Assembly (NCBI GenBank): GCA_976226885.1 | Contig: OZ320317.1 | Location: 7,502,001-7,566,000 of the forward strand | DNA: 64,000 nucleotides | Direction of reading: 5' to 3' | Origin: Iphione sp. A-MEVVRFRX5 | Lineage: Eukaryota | Shown: positions 46,800 to 60,605 of the stretch, in pieces | How the letters are laid out: the number at the start of each line of letters is the position of its first letter | Position numbering within the stretch: position 1 is the first letter of the stretch | Position numbers and translations under genes: made by a program | The notes under the pieces: model-generated | What the model was told of the DNA's origin: nothing | The model's database searches: none | The model's input: the letters and a program-made list of their open reading frames with translations, nothing else

Positions 46800-48060
46800 A
46801 CCGTTTGAATATGTCTGAACTTGAGCCTTAGTGAGCAAGGGATACCCACCCGAGTTAGTAACAAACGCATACCGTGAGGTATGTAAAAAGCAACGGAACC
46901 ACCTCCTAACGGCGTCGAAAAAACCCACTGATAGGGAAGACGCTTCCATATTGGTGACCACCTACCACCCGTCTTACGACGGGCTTAAAAAGAGTGTCAA
47001 GGACAACTGGGACTTACTAGGCAAATCATGTGCCACTAGAGACACTCACAAAAATGGGTTTAAGTGTGGATTGAGAAGACCCAAAAATCTCCGGGACATC
47101 CTGGTAAGAGCCAAATTGGATCCTCTCTCCGACACACGTACTGTAGCTACCCGCATCAACACGTGCACCACCCACACGTGCAGATACTGCCCCAAACTCA
47201 ACAAGTCGGGAGCTATAAAGAGCAACTACAGTGGCCGCACCTATGCGTCCAAAATGAATGTAAGCTGTAAGAGCTCTAATCTAATCTACTGCATATCATG
47301 CACTAGATGCGGCCAACAATATGTAGGCCAAACTAAGAACAGGCTTATGGACCGGTTCCAAAGCCACTTCGGGAGCATCAAGCGCTGTACTCCCAAAACC
47401 ACGGTAAGTGAACACTTCAATTCCACTGATCACCTGGGGATCAGCGACATTGAAATCCACATAGTCGACTTCATACATGCGGACCCCACCAGCGTGAGAT
47501 CAAAACGACTGTGTGATAAAATCGAGTACAACTGGATCCACCGGTTGCAAACGGTGGCACCCATGGGACTAAATGTCATGGATGCCCCGAATTATTGAGT
47601 GCATCGCCAGACCAGGGACACCATTTGACATAGCCACGTACACAAAAATTGACCCTGTACCTCAAATGAGTGCCCCTACTGGACTTACGAGCACTCCAGG
47701 GAGTCTCACCATCCGGTGAGAGACAGTTGGAACATGTACCTTGCCTGACAATTCGGGATCGGGTTACATGATTTTCCTGGGACCCCATGCCCACACAATT
47801 TGGCCGCCAAGGCCATGGAGGACAGCCAAAAACTGGTGTATTGACTGTTAGGGGCACCTCACACCCATTTGTGTAGCCCCCTTAAACCCTCCTAAGCTCA
47901 GCCATCATGACTGACACCGTGACCAACTGTCAAAGCACAAAAGCATTATTTTTGGTGCCTGATGAGACTACAAAGTCGAAACCGTAATTTTATATCTTGA
48001 GACATATTCAGGATATCAAATTGTCACCTTAAAACAAAAATCTATTTTGTTTTCAATGAC
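46800..48060 (+). mobile_element. 5'-truncated Penelope-like element: RT C-terminus, GIY-YIG endonuclease (ORF 46831-47598) and 3' pLTR/UTR
   Basis: KGYPPELV...LVTTYHP...RRPKNLRDILVRAKL; NLIYCISCTRCGQQYVGQTKNRLMDRFQSH...EHFN...EYNWIHRLQTVAPMGLN. Confidence 0.92.
47954..48028 (+). ncRNA. Candidate type I hammerhead ribozyme in the Penelope 3' region
   Basis: CTGATGA-GACT-acaa-AGTC-GAAAC, a long stem III hairpin (aattttatatcttga / tcaggatatcaaatt), a GTC triplet at 48023-48025, and an imperfect stem I (ggtg/cacc). Confidence 0.65.
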
Positions 48061-48479
48061 ATCACAATGGCCATGGAAGTGTTACCTGAACAACCCATGC
48101 AGCATCTTCTCCTCTCCCTGACAACTGGGTTCTATCCCAACTGTCTCCAGCAGTTTGAGACACACTTGACACGGTTGCACCACGTCGTACTGATTTGCCG
48201 CGTTTCGATCGAACTTGGCAATTTGTGTATTGAACACACTGTAAACATCCGGTCACTACATATGGCATCTCTCCAAACTGGGTCACCACGCATCTTGTGG
48301 CCTGGTTTGACCCACTCCCTTCACGGTTACGGGTCCATATTGTACGGACATGTGAACAGAGGTGTGAGACGTACCTGTCCAGATTTTTTACGGTTACAAA
48401 AAACCGGATATGTGTACACCGCCTAAGCTCATTAAGTGGTGGATAAGTGCATGCCCCTGGTACTGGACCAGGTCTTTTA

Positions 48480-51290
48480 CCCTAGGTATCCCCAGTTTTG
48501 CCTGAAGCAGATTAGGGCTCTGCCTTTGGTTTGTCACTACCGCTACGTGGAAGCAGCAATTGACAATTTACCTGCAGCCTAATGAGGTCCGAAGATCCAA
48601 GTCCGTATTGCATGCTGGCAACATAATTCAGATGTGAAAGGATAAGTGCCCAGAAAAGCATCACCCTCACACCAATCGGCAGTTTTTTCTTTACACAGGA
48701 AAGTTGTATTGATGGGGTCCACATCCTGGAGGCAACCTGCTTGGCTGCACTTTTAAAGGCCAGCCTTGAGTCTACCTGGAAACCCAAGAGTTTGGCCTCA
48801 GTGACCAGCATCGATCTAGACTAAGCCAGATCCTCGACCCAGTGGCATATGCATAAGTTATTTGATGCTGAGGATAAGCCCCTGGTCTGAGCACCAGTGT
48901 GCTATCCCCTCAAGAGCATGCATTGCATTGCCACGCAACCTGAGCAGATCTCTTGCCTTGATCAGGAGTGTGACATCATTGGCATCTAGGATTGCTTCCA
49001 TCTAACCTGGCAAGCCATTAATGACGGTGTTAATAACCAACAGAAACCCAAGGGGTCCGAAAATGGACCCCTGCGGTTCACCCAGCCTGACTTCCCTGAT
49101 AGCTGACTTTCTGACCTTCCCCTGTCACATTCTACAAATTGACTCTGATCCATCAGATAATTCTTGATCAGAGCAACGGTTCTGTTGACTGCCACTAACC
49201 AACTGAGCTCATGGACCACCATACCCCCTGTTGACAAGGTTGAACTCTTTGGTGAGGTCAAGCTTTACTATACACGCATACTGCCCGAGGTTTAAACACT
49301 CCCATGCATCAAATACCAGTTTTCAGATAGCCGTGTCAGTACAGTGCCCCCCCTTCCCCGGAACCCATGCTGACAGTGCGGTAGAAGATTTTGGTGTTCC
49401 AACTCACACGATAGGGCTCCACAGAACAAGGCTTCACATTTTTTTCCCAGGAGGGGCAAGATACTGACAGGCCTGTAGTTGTTCAGCACATTCTTACCTT
49501 TCTAAAAAACAGGACAGACCCTGGCTGTTTTCCAACGATTTGGGTATTTCCCAGTGCCCAGGCACATCTCACACAACCATGTCATAAACTCAACTTTATC
49601 TAACATGAGAGACTTCAAAATCCTAGTTGGGATACCCGGTACCTCTGGTGACTAACTGACCTTGATTCTCTGGATTAACTTTCTGATAGTCAACCTTCAG
49701 TGGTTGGATTTCAAATGTGACGGTCGGAGCAATTACCGTCCCCCTTGATTCAGTGACATTTGATAATAGCCGCTCCACTTCATCAATCAAATGGTCATTG
49801 AAATGCAGAAATGGTCATTGAAGTTGCATTTCCCATGGCTGTCATCGCTGGGCAGATGCTCCGCTTTCCTCCCTTTACCCAGACACTGATTCACAACTTC
49901 CCAGAGTTTTGTGCATTTTTTTCCTGTACTTTGGCATGCCAAAAGCATTTCTCATCCGAGGCAATGTCCTTCCGTAACCTGCCATTAAGATATTTGAATA
50001 TGTTCAGATCATCAATATCACCCTCTTCTTTCCATTTTTTAAGGAAGTACAACCTGTCTGCTGCTAACTCTTTGGCACCTCTGCTAAGATGGAACCCATC
50101 CCTCCTTTCCTGTGCCTTATCTTTGATGGTAGGACACTGTTGCTCTAACTCATCCCTAACAGCATTCTTGAACTCTTCCCATTCCCATCTGGCCATATGA
50201 TCTCCGGAGAGATTGGACGTGATGTTATGGACAACATCACCTAATTTTGTGACGTGCCCTGGACCACACTCTTACCTGAAGCTCACTCCTCACTCCTCAC
50301 ATACTAGCCATGCCTTTCTTGATTGTTACCCGAACTGGTAGATGGTCACTAACACCCGAACTTCCCACCACCCCTCCTAGATGACCAGTGAAATTGACCC
50401 ACAGGTGGTCATTGCAATTTCCACCACTGATCATTGTTGAATCTGTAATTAAATGACAGAAACCATGACCACTTAATTGTTGTGATAGAACACTCGAACC
50501 CCTCCCATCACCTCCAAAAGCTTTGACAAAGTAAGGAGACATGTATTGTTCATTGAAAAGTCTTTATATAATCGAAACTCATTCATTGTTATTGTATGAA
50601 TTTAAATCCCTAAAGTAAAAGGAAATTTAAAGGTTAACAGGGTTTACAGATAAAATGTCCATTTAGTCCCAAATTTCTTGTTCTTCGGGCTCTGTCTCAG
50701 GCCTGCATCCCGCAAAGCTCAGCCTAAGCTGTTCTCTGTGAATGTCGAAGTCAAATGAAAAGAAATATTGGGTATAATCCCAGACGTCACTTTGAGCTGC
50801 TGTTCTCAAACTCATGCCAGTCCTTAAATGTTGAAAAGTGAGTAGGATGATGGAATCCCATGCGGGGTAGTAGTGAGGGGGCAGGTTGGGCTCCTGCCCT
50901 TTCTCCATGTACGTGACCACCAAACTAATAACTGTTTGGTGGACCAAATTGTTCTGAAGGTGGAAAAAGTTCCCTCTCCATGAGGGAAGGAGGTCCAGTG
51001 CCAATGCTAGATATATGTGAAATGTATGAGACAGTCTCAATCATTTCTTTTCTTTCCCCCATTGAAACTTTTGGGTGGTTGATCCCTGTGTCCTTTCGAA
51101 GTAGGTACCTCATGTGGTGGACCTTACAATCCTGTGTGGTTGGTCGTATGCTTCTGTTTAACTGTTTTCCTCGTTGGTGGGCCCTCTTCATCACTTTGGA
51201 TGGCATCCTGTTTTGTCTGAAAAGTTTATTTTTTGTGTTAAAAGGAGTTCCCCTAGTGATCTTCGTGGAAGTTTGGAAAGGATGAAAGGG
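48480..51290 (-). mobile_element. Degenerate near-full-length CR1/L2-like LINE (ORF1 trace, endonuclease, RT)
   Basis: SDHLPV (APE endonuclease end); NNYRPVSILPLLGK...QHGFR; PQGSIFGP; LLGFQVDSRLAF...ALILSHLNY. Many stops. Confidence 0.85.
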
Positions 51291-51329
51291 ATGAGATAAA
51301 GGTTGTACTGGAATTCTCTAAGGCATTCT

Positions 51330-51360
<31 letters not shown>

Positions 51361-52449
51361 GGATTTTAGCAGCTCCTGTGTGATTTGTTAATTTGATTCT
51401 TCCATTCATATCTCTACTTGTAGTCTAGGTGTGATCATGCATAATGGTGCTGAACTGACTGAACACTTCTTTACTTGCTGATTTATGAAGAAGCGATAAT
51501 GAAGGTACATAAGCCAAAATAGATAAATTAAAGCTCCAGTTCTAAAGGTGAAGGTAGTCTGTATCACAGTTAATTAACGCTATCCTCCCAGAAGGTGGAT
51601 AAAGATTGGCGTCTTATATGGCCTCTAGGCTGCGCCAACCTATAGTTCTGTTTTTTCTTAAAGGAAAGGAAAAACTGCTGGAGTTAATCACTGCTTATTA
51701 GATGTATACTTTGAAAAGAATAGAGGATGTGTCATGTCTTACAGGCCTCTAGGCTGCAAAATCACTCCTCTCTTTTGAGAACTCTTCATCAGTACATGAC
51801 TTAGTTTTGGTAGATTTGAAGATGGAATAGAAAGAACAGGTGAGTTGATCAGGCTCTTCTGCCTTCCAGTAGAACATGCCTCAAATAATTTTGCATATTA
51901 TTTCTACATAATTCCATGCTGAGGTGAGACAGTACTAAACATACAATTTGCAAAACAATCATTTGGCAAAATAAGGCTAAGTAATTAAAGTATTATTCCA
52001 ATAATGTATCAATCTATCCTGATATATACTAACTCATGTAAAGTTTGAAAACATACTGTTTCAAAACCACATTAACTGTATAAATCCTTTGAATTTTCTA
52101 TCTTTCTTTTACTGATTCATTTCTGGTTCAACTTGCTGGTATACCAGTTTTTCTGTGCAGATAAAACATGTACTTTTGATCTTCCTTATAATTAATCCAC
52201 ATACTGGATCTGATATCTGATATGCTTTACCTATGTTTTTTTTCTTTCTCTGCAGTGATTCAATATCCTGCCAGGAAAGTTTTAGTTGTATGAAGGTGTC
52301 TTTTGGCCTCAAGCGTGAAAGAACCATTCACACTAATCATATTATAAATTCAATCTGTGTTCTGCACATTACATCACTTTTTGGTCAAATTAATTTATCC
52401 TAGCATTTTACAAGTCAATTTTGAGTGTGTCCTTAAACACACCTTATCC

Positions 52450-53650
52450 CAACTTCTGATCATAACAAAAGACCTTATGCCTATGCTTTTTGCCTGAGTA
52501 ATGTCTATTACTTATCTCCCTTGAACCTGGTGGTAGTAGTCATGCCTGGAATCCAAGATGATGTTTCCACTGGCATCACATTCTGAAAAAAAGAAAAGAG
52601 TATGCACTAAGTGTTTGGTCTAGTATATATAAGACTTTTTCTAGTAAAGTATTTGTTAGTATCAGTTCATATGGAAACATATAAAGAACCAACTATTTAA
52701 AAAAAAATATCTTTCAGTACTCATTTAGGTTGGGATGGAAGTTTCAAGTGGCTGTATCACTAAAATATATGCCTACTACTTCAAAGGGTAACACATGTCA
52801 CTTGATGATGGTACTTATTTTCTCTGTCATATCAGTGAACGGTCATCAGGGATAAGATTTTGCACCTACATCATTACAATTTGTCAGAGGTTACTTAATG
52901 ATCGGTCAAATATGTAAATACTATGATCTTACTTAGGTAAAATGCCTTGTCCTCAGCAATCAATGATTAGATGGATGTCTCCCATGCCTTTCAAGGACAC
53001 TTTATTTCTAGGACCCTGGGTACTGTGGTCCTTGCCTCTGGTGTTTGGAAGGACAGGTTTTCACACTGTAATGTGCTCCTTGATACTAGGCCCCTAGTGC
53101 ACCATTTCATGGAGCCAGATACCTGAAGTTAATTACAAATTGGATGACATAAGAATTGGAATAAAATTTTTGGCAGTGAACTGTCATGTGTTGAAGATAT
53201 GCATTTACATTTCACTACCACAGCAATCTTTACTGTAGTAATTTAAGTGTTCATCTTTTCACCCCAAACACAGTGTCCTACAAAGGGTTTATAGCTACAA
53301 ATATGTAAAATCATGTTAAGTATTTGTGGTAAATCTATATAAACCTACAAGATTGCTTTTACTGTTTTCATAAAATGATTGTGTATGACAAAGTGTACTC
53401 TGTAAAATCTGTGTAGGTATAGCTTACCAGATGGTTCCACACTGGTTCCAACCCCAGCTGTTCATATGCCTTCAGAGCATCCTTTTCATGGTGGATGCCC
53501 CATTGTATGAATTGAATGCTGGCATCTTGGAAGGATGTTGTCAATTTCTTTTTAAGTGTCTCTGGAAAACTAGAGTTATCAAAGCGAAACACACCATAGC
53601 CCAAGCCATCAGATTGGGCACCAAGAGGAACAGAGAGTCGGTTCTCACCA
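52450..53650 (-). pseudogene. Intron-containing YqaJ-like (lambda-exonuclease family) gene remnant, ISL2EU-type
   Basis: IQWGIHHEKDALKAY (53400-53480), GIWLHE...VLEIKCP (about 53000-53120) and HDYYHQVQG (about 52520-52585), separated by intron-like AT-rich stretches. Confidence 0.65.
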
Positions 53651-53659
53651 AGTTCCACG

Positions 53660-54810
53660 CGTTCTCTTGAGCCTACAGTTTCAGCCCGGTGGAACCGGGA
53701 GTGCGCCCGTCTGTGCCTTCATAGCCCACTACACACAAACGCGTCGGCCCGCTCCACCACAAACACCGTGGGGGGGCACTGGCAGACAGTGACATGCTCC
53801 ACCTAGCCTAACTCGCCAGGCTGGTAGTCAATGCCCTCAAAGGCCTCGCCAGGCTCCGAGAAGCCCCCACGGCGCCCAAGCCTGGATTCCCAGGAGCTGC
53901 TCGGCCAAGTCTGCCGTGCCATGGGAGACGGTCCAGACGGCGCAGCCATCATGGCAGGGCTCCTACTACAGTTCCAATCATTGCTGAGGCAGGGACACTT
54001 CTACACACGGAGGGATCCATTTGACCCCTCCAGACAGATCACCAGGGGGGACATGCGGCTCGCCCCGACTCCATCGAGCTCTACGTAAGGTGGACCAAAA
54101 CCAGACAAGACGCCCGGTCCGCATTCAAGCTTGCAATCCCGACGCCCCCAGGGCATCGCTGAGGACAGCTGTAGAGAGACTGCGGGCATCGGCCCCCACT
54201 CTCTCGAACTGACAGCCGCTCATCTCAAGACCAGACGGCTCCCCGCTTCCGGTTTTAGTGGTGTCCCGGAGATGGGACAAGGCATTCGAGTCCCTTGGAG
54301 TCCCGGGAGGCGTATACCCTCCACAGCATCCGCCATGGAGGGGCGAGACACGCCCTGTGAGGAACCATGCTCAAGGATGTCCTAGCCAGGGGGGACTGGC
54401 GCTCCACAGCTGCTGCCAGGTACTTCCCTCAGGTGCCCCCACACGAGATCCAACAACTATCCACCTTGGGCACAAGAGAAAAGGACACTGACAAGAACAA
54501 TCAGTAACTCACCATCACTCTAGTGGACTCAGGCCATAGGCCACACTTGAGCACCCTAGTTTAGTCTTGCACATGTTTGTTACCTCTCTGTATTGCTCAT
54601 GTACTGTCTCCATGAATAAAGCCTCATCTCCACTCACTTTCCTGTGTTGTAATGTTAGCGCTGGGGAGCATGCGCAGACATTGCAGGAGGAAAGGGAGGC
54701 CCTGGAGCATGCGCGGAGTCAACATGGAGCACCCTCACGCTGGAGTTCTTCACTCTGCTCCTCCATAACAAAGTCCCGCCCACCCAGGTTATTGAACATT
54801 TAAGAACAAT
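53660..54810 (+). mobile_element. DIRS/Ngaro-type element 3' end with a tyrosine recombinase pseudogene
   Basis: FQSLLRQGHF...VRWTKT...YTLHSIRHGGA...RGDWRSTAAARY (R...HxxR...Y), followed by aataaa and a gtcccgcccaccc terminus. Confidence 0.8.
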
Positions 54811-54979
54811 ACTACAAGACTGTTCATTGCCTCACAATACAACTACCACAGGTCGTATTCCGATCGGTGCACAAAAGTATTATCAATGATCTTCTAAGAA
54901 CATTGACATAAACTTCTTAAATAAATGACACACAAGAACTACCTTTTGACCAAATCTAAAGTTTGCAGAAAGCAATAGA

Positions 54980-55900
54980 AAGCACAGATACTAGTACATG
55001 TACACATGTTGATGAGTCTCATGAACAAAAGTGAAACTGAGCGTTGTTTGCAAACAAAACTTGCTTCTTGTGACTACATAAAGAGTGATTATATGGGTGA
55101 AGAAAATAAGTGAAACATCAAAAGTGGTTGTTGAGTATGTGGACAGAGAGCGTCAATTGGTAAAAAACCGTGTCCCGTTAGGTACAGGAAGAAAAATGAC
55201 AAAAGGCAAGAAGTGTGAGTGAAGAACCGATGTAGTTTTTGAATGTTAGAAACAATACTTCTAGCTATTCATTGACTTACAAAACTATCACAAGTCTGAA
55301 GTTCCAGGCATTTGCAATCGTGATAAATACACAAATTGCTTTAGAGTGTAGTCAGATTAATGCAAAAACACAGTATAAGTGCTCTTATAAGGACACTAAC
55401 ATGAACTCCTTATTGGATGACTTAAGTGAAAAACGAAAACTACCTTGGGACCATATTTGAAGTTTGCGGAAAGGAACAGAAACCACAGATACTAGTACAT
55501 GTACACATGTTGGAAGGTCTCATGAACATCAATAAAACTGAGGGTTGCTTGCAAACAAAACCTGTACACTGTGACTATATGAAGACTGATTATAGTGCTG
55601 AAAGAAGTGTAAGTGAAATATTAAATGTGTCGTTGAGTGTGTGGAAGTTGAGCATCTGTAGGTAAAAAGCCTGTCCCTTTAGATTCAGGAAGAGTAGTGA
55701 CAAAAGGCAAGAATGTACGTGAGGCATCAAATGTAGTTGTTGAACATTTGACAACACTACTACAAAACTGTTCACTGCTTTAGACACAAAACACAAGTAT
55801 ACTATTATTGGACCATATCTAAAGCCTGCAAGATCACAGAGAGCATAGATATTAGTACATGTACACATGTTGTGGCCCTGTTGAACATTAGTAAGACCGA
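54980..55900. repeat. Three diverged copies of an AT-rich unit of about 360-500 bp
   Basis: acagatactagtacatgtacacatgttg or a close variant at about 54985, 55485 and 55845. Confidence 0.6.
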
Positions 55901-56739
55901 CCGCTACTACGCACCAGATTTGCGCACTATGACTACGTGAAGAGTGATGAAAGGGCTCGAAGTGTAAGTGAAGCATCAAGCAAAGTTGTTGAGTATATGG
56001 ATAAGTAAGTATTAGTTGAGAAAGAGGCCTGTCTCTTTATATTTATGAAGAATGATCACACGGGAGAGAAGTGTAAGTGAAAGATCAATGTAGGTTGAGC
56101 GTTCCAAGCAATATACTACAACACTGCTACTGTTTTACAAAAGAATCATTTTCGTTCACAATAAACGCTTAAACGTGAAGTAGACGATAAGTTTTTCAAA
56201 AAACCTTATCCTTTTTCTCAGACACTTCCACATGAGCTATGTTCCTTTATATCAGACAGTTTTACTATATACCAACACAAGCTTGTACTTGAACACAACT
56301 TCAAGAATTTTACATGTCGCCTTACCCGAAAATTGAATTACATGTTCAGCTATTCAGACGAACTTACGCATCATTGTTAATGGACAAACATAATACACAA
56401 ATCGCACTACAAAAGCAAACAAGTAGGTACAAATTTTAAGGTGAAAAGTTACGTAACGAATATAGAAGCACGTAGTCCTTAAGATCAATCCTAGAAATGT
56501 GTTGTAGTCTCCGTACACTGTACTAAAAGTCCAAATATGTTCATAATAAATGAACGGTATCTTACACCTTCCAACAAATGAACATGTCGCACATCAGATA
56601 CATTGCAATATAGTCACATTACTTTGATGAACATATGGGTCAGCTTAAGTGTACTGACATAGTCGTAGTCGTGTTGCTTAAACGGACACACTATTTGTTA
56701 TAGAAGATGTTGTATAGATTAACTGATATAGTAGTTGTT

Positions 56740-57300
56740 GGAAACATATGTCGGGTTTCATTAACATACATAGTAGACGTCAGGTTGCATGAACGAACAT
56801 AGTAGAGCGAATATAGTAAACGTCAAAAGAAATGAACGAACATAGTACACGTCAGGTTACATGAACGAACATAGTACACGTCGGGTTACATGAACGAACA
56901 TAGTACACGTCGGGTTACATAAACGAACATAGTCGTTGGTGTACATGAACAAACATAGTAGACGTCGGATTACATGGATGCAGAGTAGATGTCAAAACAC
57001 ATTATGAACACAGTAGACACCAAGTCACATGAACAAACACAGTAGACATCGAATTACATGAACAAACATGGGAGACGTTGAGTTACATGAACAAACATAG
57101 TACACGTTGGATGACATGAACTAAAATGGATGTCAGGTTACATGAACGAACATAGTACACGTCGGGTTACATGAACGAACATAGAAGACGTCAGATTACA
57201 TGAACGAACATAATAGTTGTTGTGACCTTACCATACATTGGGTTGCATGAACAGCTACTAATTGTCGGAAACATTGTAGACGTCGGGTTACTTGAATAGA
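56740..57300. repeat. 29-bp tandem repeat (catgaacgaacatagtacacgtcgggtta), degenerate
   Basis: Direct inspection; more than 15 units. Confidence 0.85.
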
Positions 57301-60300
57301 CACATTAGTTTTGGAAACAAGCTGCACTACACATAACAGTCGGCGTCTTATGAAGCAAACTACCTACTTTTTGACAACTGTTACCTTAATTACATAATTA
57401 TATGTTTCCACAACACATGAACATTGCAGTTTTGAAAATACGTACATGTTGTATTTAACTGCAGCTATGAACTTAACATAAAGTTCAACTGTTTTGCAAG
57501 AATCGCTTTCATGTTGTTACAAAAATATAACCAATCGAGCTTAAAAAACATACCTAACTTCTCTTGAACGAAATAAAACAGTTTGTGATCTACAAAATCT
57601 GTAAGTAGTCTTGGTATATCATTTTTGTTAACTGCAAAAACATAGTTGAACTTCACACAAGCTTGTATTCATGCATCTTGCATACGAAAGAGTGAGACTG
57701 ACTTGTGGACCAGTACACTACTGTTTCAACTGTTTTGACTTTTTCAAGAACTAAAACAGCAGATCCAAAAATTTTACTTGTCTTACTTATTTTTCTAACA
57801 ATTGCACAATACGCACACAAATAACACGTTACTACTCATTACACATACACAAAAACTTCCAGAACAATTTCGAAGTTGAGCAGAAAGATAACAAATGCAT
57901 TAGTTTATACTTTTAGAATATACAAAACTATGAATCTGTACTCTACAACAAAGTGTACTGCCAATATGGTTATGCAATCAAAACTCTACCTCAAACCAAT
58001 TTAGTTTTTTTCGAATATCAATAAATCACTATAGAATAAAGTTTCTTTGGCGTATTCCAGAAAACGTGATGCTTTTTAAGTTACTTGGCTGAGTAGTACA
58101 AGTTACGGTGACACTTAAAGCATGAAAGATACACAATTTTTTTTAGAAGGAAGACCGAAAGTGACATTCTGCACATGTGTATAACGGATTATTTCCCGTT
58201 AAACATGTTTAGTGAAGGAACGACCGAAAATCTGTTTTAAATACATGTGCATTAAAGGGACATTTCAACATGAAAGAAGTTCATAGTATAATTTCAAAAG
58301 AAAAGCCGAAAACTGACAATTGCGCAGCGCACTGACATCATATATCTACAACTTCGCAACTTTGTTGTAGTTGAAAACTACCTGTTTCTTTGAATTTTCA
58401 AAGAATATTACAATGTAGAATGTACAATACAATGTATAAGAACAAAGAGACACTACAATGTGTTCTTTGTATGAACATGTTGAAGAAACAAGTTTTAAGG
58501 GACGATTACTTTGAGTACACGACTCAACTCCTACAGCGTGTTCAATATATAAGAGAAAGTTGAACTGTTTTTGTTTTGATATACTGTAGAATGCAGTACA
58601 AACTCAACAGATCCTTCGAAACAAGCGTCCTTTCTTACAAGACACATTGCGAAATGTTACGTACATGCTCCAGTGTTATTCGAAACAGTGGAAAGTATCA
58701 CATAGTGATTGTTTAAACTATGCACTGTGTTAATATATAAGAGGAGGTTGGACTGTTATAGTCTTCTTATACAATAACATGTAGTAAGAACTCGATGAAT
58801 AGTCAGACAAACGTCCTTTGTTACATGACACATTGTGAAAAGCTACATGCATGTTTTAGTGCGTAATTGGATGTTTAAGAACCTAATATGTGGTGCTGGC
58901 CAGCACCACATATTAACTGTTTAAACTATAAAAAGCAGCTCTAGAATATGTGCCAGAAACAAATTCTTTATCATAAGTTCTGGTGCCTAACTAGGCCAGT
59001 TCTATATTTATACATGCAATCACTGTCAACTGGTTGTTACTGACAATCTGCTAAGTTTTAAAATATTGTACCATCATCTGTTTAGACTTAACACTCCAGT
59101 TTTTGGTGTACAACGCACTTACTACCACTTTCACTGCAATACTACTCAAAAAAAAAGAATACAATATTTCAATTTGTACAGACTAAACTCCAACTTCTAC
59201 TGTTTAGTACACACAAGCTATGTCGTACCATACAAGTAGTACGCTAGTTGTAATAGCACTAGTGAAAACAGTACCGAAATCACCTCTTCGGCAGTTTAAA
59301 AAAGAACTAAGTGCTGTAAACCACAGTGACACAGTGGATAGTACTTGTCCAATACCTCAACACCCAACCTAGACTAGCTAACCCTAAGACACACTCATTG
59401 TAAAAGGGGAGAGCTACCCACATACAAGCAGTTGAATATTCAACCTTGTAACTATCAGCAGATGTTGTACAAACATGAAGTCAAACTCCATTGTTATACA
59501 CCTATACCACAAAAGATATAACAGTTCACTTTGCCAGTCTAACAATATAAGTGTTAAAAAAGCATGACAATAGACCGAAAGCACTGACCTAGACAAGTAG
59601 AGACAAAGTAGTACTTGCTTTCAGAGAAAACATGCACTTCCAAGTACAATTTGGCAGTGTATATTGATTTTAAAATAAACTTTTGTGTGGATCTATACAA
59701 CTTATGTTGTCCCTTCTAGAGTATATACCTTTTGTGGCAACCTTACAACAAAAATCAATTTTTTTTTTCCTTTTTTACGAATTTTTCCAACACTAAATGT
59801 TCTTGCATATGTCGTTTACTATATCTCGTTTTACTATTTAGTGAAACAAATATAATTAATTCGCCAGTTCTAAGAGTATAACAATATTATGCCTGTAAAA
59901 GTTCCATGTATTTTTTTTTTTTTTTGCACGTTACCTGACACTAAGTAGGCTACCTAAAAACTCCTGCATATATCATTGTTTTCAACCAGCATTTTGCTTC
60001 ATACTACTGTACTTTGACTTGAACGTACTGTGATTACTATTACTTTTACAGAGATATACATGATCGCCTTCAAAAAGTACACTGTCAAACATTCATATAT
60101 CTGAAAACCATATACTAATTGCTCCCACGTTGAATAATGGTTTTCTTCAGTTTTAAAAATAGTGTTCTTCATACTTTTACGTCAAAACATTTTTGAAAAT
60201 ACTTTAGTTCCGTTCCAACGTGTTACCGAACGATAGATTAGTTCAAGCACATTCAAGAAAGTGATAATTTTCCCATAATTTGTTACATACTGAAAAAAAC

Positions 60301-60605
60301 TTCAATATTATATTCACCAATTGCTAAATGTCTCTTTCAACAAAACAGGCTTTAAGTACCAGTTTTACTAAATATGACTATGAACTCTGTTTCGTCTGTA
60401 GAGTGCTTCATAATTTGCAGGTTTTTTTTTTTGCATTTTACATAAGGAATACTCATTTTAAATACTCTTGCATATGTTAATGTATAGATCAGCGCTTTGT
60501 TACATTTTGACTTATATTAAGGTACTATAACGTACTATTGTTTAACGACTATGCATATTTAACTACTCTCACGTTGTACATTGAACTTTATTTAAACTTC
60601 GAAGT

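Noticed and set aside
48070-48330. THAP-like fragment on the minus strand (HKLPSSIETRQ...W)
   Set aside because: Only a partial resemblance; the CSxHF motif is absent.
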